A stretch of 64,000 nt of DNA from Bacteroidales bacterium (GCA_028707815.1 JAQWAE010000006.1:3426-67425), one strand, 5' to 3'. Counted from the stretch's first letter, positions 46,774 to 55,590 are shown. The notes: generated from the sequence alone by a model not told the origin. Numbers and translations are program-made.

Positions 46774-48543
46774 TTAAAACTCTATCTCTAATTTGAGCTT
46801 ACTCCTGAGATATAGCAAATCCGGATTTTTGTCTAAAAGTTTTTGAAATTTCTCTTTATCTGTGTATGCTTTCTTCTCAAAAAGTATTTCATTAACTTTT
46901 GTGGAAATGTTGATAGAGTCGTTTTCTAAAGTGTCTCTTAAAAAACAAGCTATATCCAATTTATTATCTTTAATTTCTTGCTCACTGACACCGTTAGTTA
47001 CTTGAAATTCTACAATATCGTCTTCTTGCAAACTTACTATCGATGTTTGTAATACATTTGATAAGTGTATCTTGCTTCCATCAATATTCCGGATATATTT
47101 TTTCACCACTTCATTAACATCATCAATGGTAAAATGTTTTGACCGTAATGCAGATGGCGGTTGCGGCTTATTGGCTTCTTCTTCAGCTAATAATGTATCT
47201 TCTTTTAATGCTGACAACCTTACCATGGTAGGATGTTTTATAACTCCTTTGCCGGTTTGTCGTTTATGAATAATTGTTTCATTGGTTGAAGCAGTATTCT
47301 GTATAACTTCAGTCTCATTCGTCTTGTTTTTTAAAGAAGTTTTTTCAACAGCGGGCGATGGGGTAGAAGTCATATTTGCAGCGGGCTGCTGAATGACAAC
47401 TTTTTCAACTGTAATGCTCTTGTTGTCGCTTATGTCAGGCTTTTTTTTTTCGTCTGTCAGTTGTTGGATATTAAGCAGCGCAACTTCGACTAACAGTTGT
47501 TTGTTGCTGCTTAATTTGTAGTCGATGTCACATTTGTTGATGATGTTAATTGCTTGAACAAGAAAAGACATAGAACATTTTGCGGCTTGTTGTACATATC
47601 TGTTTTTGATATTTTCGCTAACATTAAGCAATGTTATAGTTCCGGAATCTTTACTTACGAGCAAGCTGCGTAAATGCTCATTAAATCCGATGATAAAATG
47701 TGAGCCTTCAAAACCATTGTCAAAGATTGTATTTATTGTAAGCAGAATATTCTTTGTGTCGCCTGCGAGTATATAATCAATCATTTTAAAATAATATTCA
47801 TAGTCGAGAATATTTAAACTTTCGATAACTTTCTTATAGGTAAGATTTTTTCCGGAGAAGGACACCAATTGGTCGAATAAGCTGAGAGCATCGCGCATTC
47901 CTCCGTCTGATTTCTGGGCGATGGTATGCAGAGCCTGTACTTCGGCTTCAATACCTTCTGATTGAGCAACATATACAAGATGCTTGACGATGTCTTCAAT
48001 TGTAATTCTCTTAAAATCAAACACTTGACAGCGTGACAATATTGTTGGGATAATTTTGTTTTTTTCTGTGGTTGCAAGTATGAACTTCGCATAAGCCGGC
48101 GGTTCTTCCAAAGTTTTCAGAAAAGCATTAAATGCAGCTTGAGACAGCATGTGAACCTCATCTATAATATATATCTTATATTTTCCGACTTGCGGCGGTA
48201 TTCTTACTTGGTCGACAAGATTTCTGATGTCGGCAACAGAGTTGTTGGATGCTGCATCTAATTCATGGATGTTGAAAGAAGCATTTTGATTGAAAGATTT
48301 ACAAGACTCACACTCATCGCAGGCTTCGTAATTGTCTTTGATATTCATACAATTTATCGTCTTAGCCAAAATTCTTGCACAGGTAGTCTTGCCAACGCCA
48401 CGCGGACCACAAAAAAGAAACGCTTGTGCAAGTTGATTGTTTTTTATGGCATTCTTTAAAGTTAAAGTTATAGCATCTTGACCTACAACACTGTCAAAAG
48501 TTAAAGGACGGTATTTCCTTGCCGAAACCACATAATTATCCAT
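46774..48543 (-). CDS. dnaX: DNA polymerase III subunit tau (dnaX), with a candidate internal recoding site for a gamma-like product
   Basis: GPRGVGKTT Walker A, zinc module CDECESC, DEVHML, SRC motif. ATG 48543 (MDNYVVSARKYRP) preferred over the track start. Confidence 0.92.
   Translation of the reverse strand: MDNYVVSARKYRPLTFDSVVGQDAITLTLKNAIKNNQLAQAFLFCGPRGVGKTTCARILAKTINCMNIKDNYEACDECESCKSFNQNASFNIHELDAASNNSVADIRNLVDQVRIPPQVGKYKIYIIDEVHMLSQAAFNAFLKTLEEPPAYAKFILATTEKNKIIPTILSRCQVFDFKRITIEDIVKHLVYVAQSEGIEAEVQALHTIAQKSDGGMRDALSLFDQLVSFSGKNLTYKKVIESLNILDYEYYFKMIDYILAGDTKNILLTINTIFDNGFEGSHFIIGFNEHLRSLLVSKDSGTITLLNVSENIKNRYVQQAAKCSMSFLVQAINIINKCDIDYKLSSNKQLLVEVALLNIQQLTDEKKKPDISDNKSITVEKVVIQQPAANMTSTPSPAVEKTSLKNKTNETEVIQNTASTNETIIHKRQTGKGVIKHPTMVRLSALKEDTLLAEEEANKPQPPSALRSKHFTIDDVNEVVKKYIRNIDGSKIHLSNVLQTSIVSLQEDDIVEFQVTNGVSEQEIKDNKLDIACFLRDTLENDSINISTKVNEILFEKKAYTDKEKFQKLLDKNPDLLYLRSKLKLEIEF
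47435..47451 (-). other. candidate dnaX recoding signal: A10 tract containing A AAA AAG, followed by off-frame stops
   Basis: The mRNA reads GAC GAA AAA AAA AAG CCU GAC AUA AGC. The -1 frame gives GCC UGA. The +1 frame gives CUG ACA UAA. Confidence 0.5.
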
Positions 48544-48646
48544 GACTGAAAATTTTGCCAAAGATACAGCAAATTTTTTAATCACAAATTAAAAATAGAA
48601 TACATATTAAACAATAAATAAATTCCTGATTTTGAAAAATAAATAC

Positions 48647-48654
48647 TACTTTTG
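48647..48654 (+). promoter_or_regulatory. -7 promoter box TACTTTTG
   Basis: TAnnTTTG match 18 nt upstream of ATG 48672. Confidence 0.45.
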
Positions 48655-48671
48655 TAAATCTAAATTAATAT

Positions 48672-50006
48672 ATGTTGATAGCTTTTTATACAAGTATAAT
48701 TACCAAACGAGTAAGATATATCTTCGAGTTTATGTTTTCACAATTGATAATATCTGATTATCAGTTGTTTGATGATTTTGATGAGTTTGAAAGGTCGGAA
48801 GGCGTTAAGTTTGTTTATGATAAATCACCACATGGTGATTATCCTTTTATATACGAAAAAGATATAATGCTCAATCATGATATATTTGAAGTTCCTATTG
48901 TTGCTGATGTAGTTGATGGTGTTCATCTGATATTTGCGCATAATAAATCCGCCTCAATATTGAATTTTGACCCGTTTGCAGCATCATTTTATATGATAAC
49001 TCGTTATGAAGAATATCTAATACACACGCGTGATAAACATCATCGCTATAATTTTTCCAATTCAATTGCTTATATCAATGGTTTTATTGATGTGCCGATT
49101 GTCCATTTATGGGCTAAAATGCTCGAAAATAAGATTATAAGCATCTATCCGGAGTGTAAATTCAAACACCCTGTATATCGCTTTTTGCCAACAATAGATG
49201 TGGATTTGGCTTATGAATACATTAACAAGGGGTTTGTCAGGACAAACGGCGGTGTCGTTAAAAGTTTATTTTCTGGTGATTTTGCCGTTTTTAAAGAAAG
49301 AATTGCTGTGATACTTCGACTGAAAAAAGATCCCTACGACACTTTTGACCATATTTTGGAAATCAAAAAAAAATATAATCTTAAGATGGTATTTTTCTTT
49401 TTGATGGCTTCTTATGGCGAACATGATAAAAGTAATTTGGTCTTTAATAAAAATTTCAGATGCTTAATCAGACATGTTTATGATTATGCTGATGTTGGCA
49501 TACATCCGTCTTATTATAGTATGGACTATCCTGATTTAATTGATAAAGAGAAAACTATATTGGAGAAAATTTTACATTCTAAAGTAACGAAAAGCCGTCA
49601 GCATTTTTTGCGATTTGAAGTGCCGTCTACTTATCAAGATTTGAGCGACTGTGAGGTGACAGAAGATTATTCCATGGGATATGCAGGCAGTACGGGCTTT
49701 CGAGCCGGCGTTTGTGTGCCGTTCAAGTTTTTTAACCTTAAAACCAATGAAGAAACCAAACTGACAGTTTTTCCGGTCTCTGTTATGGATGCAACGCTTT
49801 TTAATTATTTGAAACTCGACTATACAAACGCCCTATTGGAAATAACCCGCATAGCAAACTTGATAAAAAAATACAATGGCGTATTTATACCTTTATGGCA
49901 TAATAGCTCTTTATCCGCCAAAGGAATATGGAAAAACAGGAAAAATTTGTTTAAAGAACTGATAGAAATAGGAATAGACAATGATAATACACCTAAAACA
50001 CAGTAA
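48672..50006 (+). CDS. polysaccharide-deacetylase-like (CE4-like) protein with N-terminal domain of unknown function
   Basis: LPTIDVDLAYEY (a TxDxD-like metal motif) and IGIHPSYYS (His motif). Confidence 0.5.
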   Translation: MLIAFYTSIITKRVRYIFEFMFSQLIISDYQLFDDFDEFERSEGVKFVYDKSPHGDYPFIYEKDIMLNHDIFEVPIVADVVDGVHLIFAHNKSASILNFDPFAASFYMITRYEEYLIHTRDKHHRYNFSNSIAYINGFIDVPIVHLWAKMLENKIISIYPECKFKHPVYRFLPTIDVDLAYEYINKGFVRTNGGVVKSLFSGDFAVFKERIAVILRLKKDPYDTFDHILEIKKKYNLKMVFFFLMASYGEHDKSNLVFNKNFRCLIRHVYDYADVGIHPSYYSMDYPDLIDKEKTILEKILHSKVTKSRQHFLRFEVPSTYQDLSDCEVTEDYSMGYAGSTGFRAGVCVPFKFFNLKTNEETKLTVFPVSVMDATLFNYLKLDYTNALLEITRIANLIKKYNGVFIPLWHNSSLSAKGIWKNRKNLFKELIEIGIDNDNTPKTQ

Positions 50007-50928
50007 TATAGATAAACAAAAGTGGAATAAAGTTGTCGAAAAATCATACCTTACACGTGTTTATCTGTTCTCTTGGTACTTAGATATAGTCTCTCCTAAC
50101 TGGGAGGCTTTAGTCAGTGATGACGAGTACTCTTCCTTCTTTCCTTTGCCTGTAAAACATAAATTTGGAATAAAATATTTAGTGCAACCTTTGTTTGTAC
50201 AGCAACTTGGAGCTTTCGGTCAACAGTATGATGAAAACTTTTTGCGCGAATGTTGTGTGTACATAAAAAAACATTATTTATATAGTAATATTAATTATAA
50301 TGAACTGTGTTTTAGATGGTTGAATAATTCAGACATCCATTATCAAACTAAAAACAATATCATATTAAATATTATTTCTGATGCTGATAATCTTAATGAA
50401 AATCATAGTGTCAGCGATGCAAATTTATTGTATGAGCAGGTACGTAAAAATTATCATGAAAATGCAAAACGTAATATTTCAAAATTTGCCAAAAGTGACT
50501 GTTTTATAGAATATAGTGTTGGTAAATTTTCGTCTATCATTGATTTATATAGAAAAAACAACACTAAGCATAGATTAACGGAGCAGCATTATGTTGTTAT
50601 AGAAAAGTTGGTAAAAGAAGCTGTTTTACAAGACAGGCTTAGTGTGGTGACAGCAGTGCGAGGCAATGAGATTGTTGCCGGTGCTATTTTTTTGCGAAGC
50701 GCCCGCACGTGGACATACATTTTTTCCGGCAATTCTGATTACGGTAAAACCATTGGTGCTGCGGCGGCTATAATTGATGCTTTTATCAAAGCAAACATTA
50801 CCAAGATAGACATTATAGATTTTGAAGGCTCTAATGATGCCAACCTTGCGCATTTTTATCTTGGCTTTGGTGGCGAAACTGCTTGCTACGCCAACGTTCT
50901 TCGTAAGGGACCCGTATTTATATGGTAA
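49981..50928 (+). CDS. FemAB-like / GNAT-fold acyltransferase-like protein
   Basis: C-terminal ..VAGAIFLRSARTWTYIFSGNS.......AAAAIIDAFI......IDIIDFEGSN...LAHFYLGFG resembles the FemAB/BioF2-like acetyltransferase fold. Overlaps the upstream gene by 26 nt. Confidence 0.45.
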   Translation: MIIHLKHSNIDKQKWNKVVEKSYLTRVYLFSWYLDIVSPNWEALVSDDEYSSFFPLPVKHKFGIKYLVQPLFVQQLGAFGQQYDENFLRECCVYIKKHYLYSNINYNELCFRWLNNSDIHYQTKNNIILNIISDADNLNENHSVSDANLLYEQVRKNYHENAKRNISKFAKSDCFIEYSVGKFSSIIDLYRKNNTKHRLTEQHYVVIEKLVKEAVLQDRLSVVTAVRGNEIVAGAIFLRSARTWTYIFSGNSDYGKTIGAAAAIIDAFIKANITKIDIIDFEGSNDANLAHFYLGFGGETACYANVLRKGPVFIW

Positions 50929-50940
50929 ATCATGTCTTCA

Positions 50941-51017
50941 CATCCGTCCAATCCGCGTATATCCGTGTCCCATCCGTGCAATCCGTGTCCCATCTCCGCG
51001 TCCCATCTTCCACGCGC
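50941..51017. repeat. C-rich, ~10-bp-phased degenerate repeat (ATCCGYG units) filling a convergent intergenic gap
   Basis: ATCCG at 50942, 50951, 50961, 50972 and 50981, then ATCTCCG at 50992 and ATCTTCC at 51005. GTCCCATC occurs three times. Clearly more G+C-rich than the flanks. Confidence 0.85.
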
Positions 51018-51018
51018 A

Positions 51019-51888
51019 TTACGCTTTCTTCGATATTTTCAAAAATGCTTCTGTAATTTCATTTGCATAAGTACGAGTGACAGCGATATCCGGAATGTCA
51101 GCAATATCTAATTCAAGGAAAATACCGTCTTTGTCTTTACGTAAAACCTTAACGTGTTCAAAATTTACCATACAAGAACGACTACATCGCTTTATTGTTG
51201 TGGTAACCAATTGTTTAGATAAGTTCTTTAAAGAACTCCTTAACATAAAATCAGTGACTTTGCCCTTGTTAAGATATTTAATAATAACATAGTTATCAGC
51301 AGATTCAATATATAACAAATTTTCCGAAGTTACGGATATTCTAAATTCGCCTTTTTCATCTCTAAAAACTAATACGGAGTTGTCGATTTCTTCTATAGCC
51401 CCTTCTTCTTGTATTTTGTGTAATTTATGCTTTTTGTCTTGTAAAGCGAAATATAGAGATGTCAATGTATAAGGGAACAGCATTACCAACATTGTATGTA
51501 TGCCGGCTTTTATTAATATTGTACCTATGCTCATGTAATCCGTCCAAGATATATGTCGGGCTATAATAGTGTAAACAGTGTAAAATATTGATAGAACAAA
51601 AATTTCGGCGACTATCCATAATGCAAATTGTACTACAAACATTTGATGTTTGCGAGCATAGTGGTACATTATAATTCTGCTGATTGTTATCACAAGTATT
51701 CCGGTCAATATTAAAATGCCGGAATACAGAAAAAATTTAATACGAGAAACATCGTACCAATTAATAGCACTGAAAGGATTATAGATATTTACAAAGCATA
51801 GTGCAAAAATAGCTGTAAAAACTATCAGTTTGACTATATTGTGTTTTTCTGTGAAAAATGTGGGCAGTATCTTTCTGGTCGCTTTCAT
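51019..51888 (-). CDS. membrane-anchored LytTR-domain DNA-binding protein (no receiver domain)
   Basis: About 4-5 N-terminal TM helices, then a LytTR pattern (..NLLYIESADNYVIIKYLNKGK...MLRSSLKNL...L......RCSRSCMVNFEHV..). Confidence 0.75.
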   Translation of the reverse strand: MKATRKILPTFFTEKHNIVKLIVFTAIFALCFVNIYNPFSAINWYDVSRIKFFLYSGILILTGILVITISRIIMYHYARKHQMFVVQFALWIVAEIFVLSIFYTVYTIIARHISWTDYMSIGTILIKAGIHTMLVMLFPYTLTSLYFALQDKKHKLHKIQEEGAIEEIDNSVLVFRDEKGEFRISVTSENLLYIESADNYVIIKYLNKGKVTDFMLRSSLKNLSKQLVTTTIKRCSRSCMVNFEHVKVLRKDKDGIFLELDIADIPDIAVTRTYANEITEAFLKISKKA

Positions 51889-51939
51889 TCGGTTGTCAAA
51901 TATTTTGCAAAGATAATTTTATTTTTGATAAAAGATAAT

Positions 51940-53652
51940 TTAATAGTTTAAAACCCTTTCGAATTCATAAGTGTTGTTGCAATTGTCGGTGACCACAATT
52001 TTAAATATGTTATTACCTTTCTTTATTCTTTTATCGAATTTATAAACTAAGAGACTATTTTTTGCGTCATAATCCATGAGTATCCATTCACCGTTCAACG
52101 TTGGAGTATATGATTTTATTCCGGAAGTTTTATCTTTTATGATAACTTTGATTTCTTGTTTACCGCTGACATTATTTGCAATTTTAGGCTTTAAAGATGC
52201 ACATTTAATCTCCGGTGGTATTGTGTCGCATAAAAGTTTATAGCTTCCGAAATTGCGTGTCCACAAAGAAATCCACCCATCTGATATAGTGCCGCCAACA
52301 TAATTCCAATTTTTTTGATTTTGTGCAGCTATATACAAATGAGGCTTAATATTATCGTCTAAGGTATCATTAATTTTGATACTTATTTTAAAAGTTTTGA
52401 ATGTTACAAGAGTATTATCGCCGACTACATAAGTAGGAGAGAGGTCTTTAGCTTGTGCATCAACAATATTGAAGTCAAAAGCCAAATCATTGAACAATGT
52501 ATAAGCTTCCATTTGCAGTTTGAAATCGTCAAAAGACAATTTATTGGTAGTAAAATATCTAAAGAAATAATCTTTAGATATGGTATCTGTCGGTTCGTAA
52601 TAATTAGTGTCTCTTACAATGTTGAAAGATAATGCAGATGTGTTCAGATAGCTGTCTTTTACAACAAATTTAACTTTATGAATGCTGTCATCGCTAAGAT
52701 TGACAATACCATTATTATCTACATTTTTTACCATCTGAAGTTTGTTGTTCGGCTCATGAAGTGTTCTATAATATCTTGCTTTACTGTTTATGAAATACTT
52801 ATAGTCAATAACACTGTTGATGTATTTAGATTCTGAGAATAGGAAGCCGTCATTTTCTATATGGTATAAAGTGTCATTATCTACGAGGCATAGAAGTGAG
52901 TAGATGCCGTTTTTGTTACTTATGTCGTTCATGGCATCGTAGGCGTTGATGCCAAAATAAATCGGTCCTTGCAGATAGAGAGTGTCATTATCCAACAGAT
53001 GATAATTTTCGCCCCAGCCGTTTGTAGTTTTTTTACATACTTCATTTTTCCCATTAACAAACGAGTTGTTACCATATGGATATATTCTTAAAGCAATAAT
53101 TTTAGGTTTTGTCCAATCTTTCACAGGCAATTTGAATTGCATGGGGTCTATCGGACGTTCACTTTTTGTCTCGCGTATTTCAAAATGGAGATGTGGTCCG
53201 GCGGAGCCGCCGGAATTACCCGACCATGCGATTATATCTCCTCTTTTCACCGGAAATGTTTCTGCATTAAGGAAAATATTTGCGTTGAAGGATTCTTTTT
53301 CATACTGGTATTTAACGACATAATCGGCTATGTCTTTTCTGAAATGATCTAAATGACCATATACGGAAGTGTAACCGTTTGGATGAGTGATATATATAGC
53401 TTTACCGTATCCGTAAGGACTTACAGATATTCTTGAAATATAACCGTCATATACGGCGACAACCTTCTTGCCGATTGCACCGCCGGTCTTAATGTCTATG
53501 CCGGAATGAAAATGATTAGAACGCAATTCACCAAAAGTGCCTGATAAATATAACTGCCCATCAGAGATAGGTGGTAAAAAATCAGGCACTTGTGATAATG
53601 CTGTTTCAATACAGGCAAAAAACAAAAAGAACAAAAATATTATTCTTCTCAT
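51940..53652 (-). CDS. M23-family metallopeptidase with large C-terminal extension
   Basis: Signal peptide, HSGIDI (HxxxD) and GPHLHFE (HxH) motifs. Confidence 0.85.
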   Translation of the reverse strand: MRRIIFLFFLFFACIETALSQVPDFLPPISDGQLYLSGTFGELRSNHFHSGIDIKTGGAIGKKVVAVYDGYISRISVSPYGYGKAIYITHPNGYTSVYGHLDHFRKDIADYVVKYQYEKESFNANIFLNAETFPVKRGDIIAWSGNSGGSAGPHLHFEIRETKSERPIDPMQFKLPVKDWTKPKIIALRIYPYGNNSFVNGKNEVCKKTTNGWGENYHLLDNDTLYLQGPIYFGINAYDAMNDISNKNGIYSLLCLVDNDTLYHIENDGFLFSESKYINSVIDYKYFINSKARYYRTLHEPNNKLQMVKNVDNNGIVNLSDDSIHKVKFVVKDSYLNTSALSFNIVRDTNYYEPTDTISKDYFFRYFTTNKLSFDDFKLQMEAYTLFNDLAFDFNIVDAQAKDLSPTYVVGDNTLVTFKTFKISIKINDTLDDNIKPHLYIAAQNQKNWNYVGGTISDGWISLWTRNFGSYKLLCDTIPPEIKCASLKPKIANNVSGKQEIKVIIKDKTSGIKSYTPTLNGEWILMDYDAKNSLLVYKFDKRIKKGNNIFKIVVTDNCNNTYEFERVLNY

Positions 53653-53667
53653 TTTAGCTTTTTGACT

Positions 53668-54783
53668 TTATTTCCAAAATGGTGTTTTGGTTATTTTAGC
53701 CTTTAAGAGCTTTCCTCTTACGTCAATATATATTTCTGTACCGAGTTTTGAGTAGTCACTATCTACATATCCCATACCTAAGCCGACATGGAGTGTAGGA
53801 GACATAGTTCCTGATGTGACTTCACCAATAACTTCACCGTTTTCAGTGCAAATCTTGCAATGTTGGCGTGGAATACCTCTTTCTTCAAGTACGAAGCCTT
53901 TCAGACGTTTTTTAATGCCGTTGGCTTTAAGTTCTAACATCTTGTCTTTGTCAACAAAATCGTTGTCGTCAACAAATTTAGTAATCCAGCCTAAGCCTGC
54001 TTCGAGCGGACTTGTTGTGTCGTCAATGTCGTTGCCGTATAAGCAGAAACCTGATTCAAGTCTCAGCGTGTCGCGTGCTCCTAAACCTATTGGCTTAATG
54101 CCGTATTCTTCGCCTGCTTTAAATACTGCTTCCCATAATTTGGTTGCATATTCGTTTTTAACATAGACTTCGCATCCCCCTGAACCTGTATATCCTGTAG
54201 TCGAGAAGATAGCATTCTCAATACCTGCAAAGGTAATTATTTTACAAGTATAATATTCCATATCTTCTATAGGAGAATCGGTTAATTTCTGCATGGCTTT
54301 TAATGCTAAAGGTCCTTGAATAGCCAATTGACAATATTCATCGGAAACATTTACCAAATCAATGCCGGGAACTACACCAAACTCCGGAGCATGTTGTACA
54401 CACCAATTGTAATCCTTCTCAATATTAGAAGCATTTACTACAAGATAATATAAGTCTTCTTTAAAACGATAAACAAGTAAATCATCAACAATACCACCTT
54501 TGCCGTTAGGCATACATGAGTATTGGACTTTACCATCGTGTAAGTCGTACACATTGTTAGTCGTTATCTTTTGTATAAAGGCTGCTGCTTTACTGCCTTT
54601 AACCCAAAATTCTCCCATGTGAGATACATCAAAAACACCTACGCCATTGCGTACTGTCTCATGTTCAACATTGATACCTGCAAATTGTACAGGCATAAGG
54701 AAACCTGCAAATGGTACCATTTTGGCACCTGCTTTTTCTACCAATTCTCTAAAAGCTGTCTGCTTTAATTCTGTTTGTTCCAT
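53668..54783 (-). CDS. gcvT: glycine cleavage system aminomethyltransferase T
   Basis: ..KMVPFAGFLMPVQF.G...EH..VR..VGVFDVSHMGEF.. is the canonical GcvT N-terminus. About 370 aa. Confidence 0.92.
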   Translation of the reverse strand: MEQTELKQTAFRELVEKAGAKMVPFAGFLMPVQFAGINVEHETVRNGVGVFDVSHMGEFWVKGSKAAAFIQKITTNNVYDLHDGKVQYSCMPNGKGGIVDDLLVYRFKEDLYYLVVNASNIEKDYNWCVQHAPEFGVVPGIDLVNVSDEYCQLAIQGPLALKAMQKLTDSPIEDMEYYTCKIITFAGIENAIFSTTGYTGSGGCEVYVKNEYATKLWEAVFKAGEEYGIKPIGLGARDTLRLESGFCLYGNDIDDTTSPLEAGLGWITKFVDDNDFVDKDKMLELKANGIKKRLKGFVLEERGIPRQHCKICTENGEVIGEVTSGTMSPTLHVGLGMGYVDSDYSKLGTEIYIDVRGKLLKAKITKTPFWK

Positions 54784-54815
54784 AGAAAATATTTATAAAA
54801 TTGTTAACTATCTGT

Positions 54816-55580
54816 CTATCGGTTTTTCCCAATGTAATATACCAAGCCGATATTGGCATAGATATTATACATCTTATAACTGATACCACTAAAATCTGAA
54901 TTTAATAATGAAGTCAGCGACCAATTAAGAGAAGCTGAAATCCAAAAATTATTATATATCTTTCGCTCATAACCGGCAACGGCAGCTATGTCGAAACTTC
55001 TTACTTCGTCATCAAAAGAATATTCTGCGTAGGTGATGTCAATTCTTTCTCCAATTGGAGTCTCTACTCTTAAATAACCGTCTTTAACGGCACCTTGAAA
55101 TTCTTTTTGTATGGCATAACTCAGGTCAACGCCTAAATTAATTTTATAGCGAGGTTTTGAAAAGAATATTTTTACAGGAAAAATAAGATAGCAATTGTTT
55201 ACATGTGTTTCATTTCTGCCTGTAAAATAACCTTTCGTTTGTACACCGTCAATCTCTACTTCCGTATAAATTTGATATACGGAAGCTCCGGCGTTCATAC
55301 CTTTATATGCTATTATTGCTCCTGTTGATATACCAAATGGTGTTTCGAGATTCTGTAAGGATATTAAAGCTCCAATATAGGGTGCCATAGTTGGCGACCA
55401 GCTGAAGTTGGTAATGCGATTGGGAACAGGCAAAGGAACAGAGGCTCCTAAATGGAAACCGCCGACTATCTTTGTGCTGATAGACAGATTTTCTTCATTA
55501 CTCGTCTCAGCTAAATTTTGACTGTAAATTGCCCCTGAGAAGACTATAAAAGCCAGTGTTATTATAATATTACGATACAT
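54816..55580 (-). CDS. outer-membrane beta-barrel protein (hypothetical)
   Basis: Signal peptide MYRNIIITLAFIVFSGAIYSQ (ATG 55580), beta-strand periodicity, aromatic-rich C-terminus. Confidence 0.55.
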   Translation of the reverse strand: MYRNIIITLAFIVFSGAIYSQNLAETSNEENLSISTKIVGGFHLGASVPLPVPNRITNFSWSPTMAPYIGALISLQNLETPFGISTGAIIAYKGMNAGASVYQIYTEVEIDGVQTKGYFTGRNETHVNNCYLIFPVKIFFSKPRYKINLGVDLSYAIQKEFQGAVKDGYLRVETPIGERIDITYAEYSFDDEVRSFDIAAVAGYERKIYNNFWISASLNWSLTSLLNSDFSGISYKMYNIYANIGLVYYIGKNR

Positions 55581-55590
55581 CTTAATTAAT

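Noticed and set aside
49365-49373. A9 run inside the CE4-like gene; a -1 shift gives AUA UAA immediately, superficially like the dnaX site.
   Set aside because: There is no biological precedent for a truncated product at this position (codon ~235 of 444). It lacks the A AAA AAG heptamer. Off-frame TAA codons are frequent in AT-rich sequence. I treat it as a control showing that off-frame stops alone are weak evidence.
50822-51070. 82-aa plus-strand ORF translating the C-rich repeat (..IRPIRVYPCPIRAIRVPSPRPI..).
   Set aside because: The ORF starts inside the FemAB-like gene in another frame and runs into the antisense of the LytTR gene. Its periodic sequence is simply the translation of the DNA repeat, so I treat the locus as a non-coding repeat.
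54784-54815. Looked for a glycine riboswitch upstream of gcvT and a lysine riboswitch upstream of dapA (35654-35863).
   Set aside because: The gcvT leader is only 32 nt. The region upstream of the dapA string is AT-rich, with only a -7 box and a small hairpin. Neither has room or conserved cores for these riboswitches.
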